This document shows positions 63,732 to 64,000 of a stretch of 64,000 nucleotides of DNA, in pieces (the first letter of the stretch is position 1; each line of letters begins with the position of its first letter). The DNA comes from Camelus ferus (lineage: Eukaryota): assembly GCF_009834535.1 (NCBI RefSeq), contig NC_045696.1, positions 98,706,001 through 98,770,000 of the forward strand, in the 5' to 3' direction. The notes beneath the pieces were generated by a model, which was not told the DNA's origin, made no database searches, and saw nothing but the letters and a program-made list of their open reading frames with translations. A program made the translations under genes and the position numbers.

Positions 63732-63793
63732 GTGTCATTCCAAAGACCATTTGGAATGACACCAATGTCATTCCAATGCCATTTCGACATTGG
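63732..63793. repeat. Double hairpin built from gtcattccaa repeats
   Basis: gtgtcattccaaa-gacca-tttggaatgacac (perfect 13-bp stem), then ccaatgtc...gacattgg (8-bp stem). Confidence 0.85.
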
Positions 63794-64000
63794 CCTCTTC
63801 TGCTTGTTTTAATTGTCAATTGTACGTCTTAATTTTATGGGAGAAAAATGCATAACCTAAGATTTTTGACTTTTTTTTTTTTTGCTCCATTTGTAAGCAA
63901 TGTATCACCATTACCTATGATGGCATGAGATCGTACCTCCCTCCAGTCCTGAGGTGTGGTTTCCTCTAATTTTTATCACGTGTCATTATGGTTCATTTTA

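Overview
AT-rich eukaryotic (placental mammal) genomic DNA, most likely camelid. The assignment rests on a short tRNA-derived SINE at 30168 resembling the camelid Vic-1 family and on my seeing no Alu, Bov-tA, PRE-1, Can-SINE or ERE elements. The window looks intronic or intergenic. It carries many decayed L2, MIR, L1M, MaLR (MLT1) and DNA-transposon relics, several microsatellites, and a relatively TE-poor stretch at about 16-28 kb with candidate regulatory sites. None of the listed ORFs is a credible stand-alone gene. A few short segments have splice-site-like flanks: a possible terminal exon pair on + at 6.7-8.9 kb and a possible exon chain on - ending at 23.3 kb. I cannot recognise either protein, and both may be pseudo-exons. 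The clearest sequence-level oddities are a 155-bp ~96% identical local duplication, an L1 with twin-priming 5' inversion geometry, two orphan inward-facing L1 5' UTRs, a 52-bp L1 tail with its TSD, a 12/12 PAX6-consensus match beside a palindromic K50-homeodomain site, and an orphan mini CpG island. I found no convincing evidence of a new biological system. Repeat family names come from remembered consensus sequences, not from a search.
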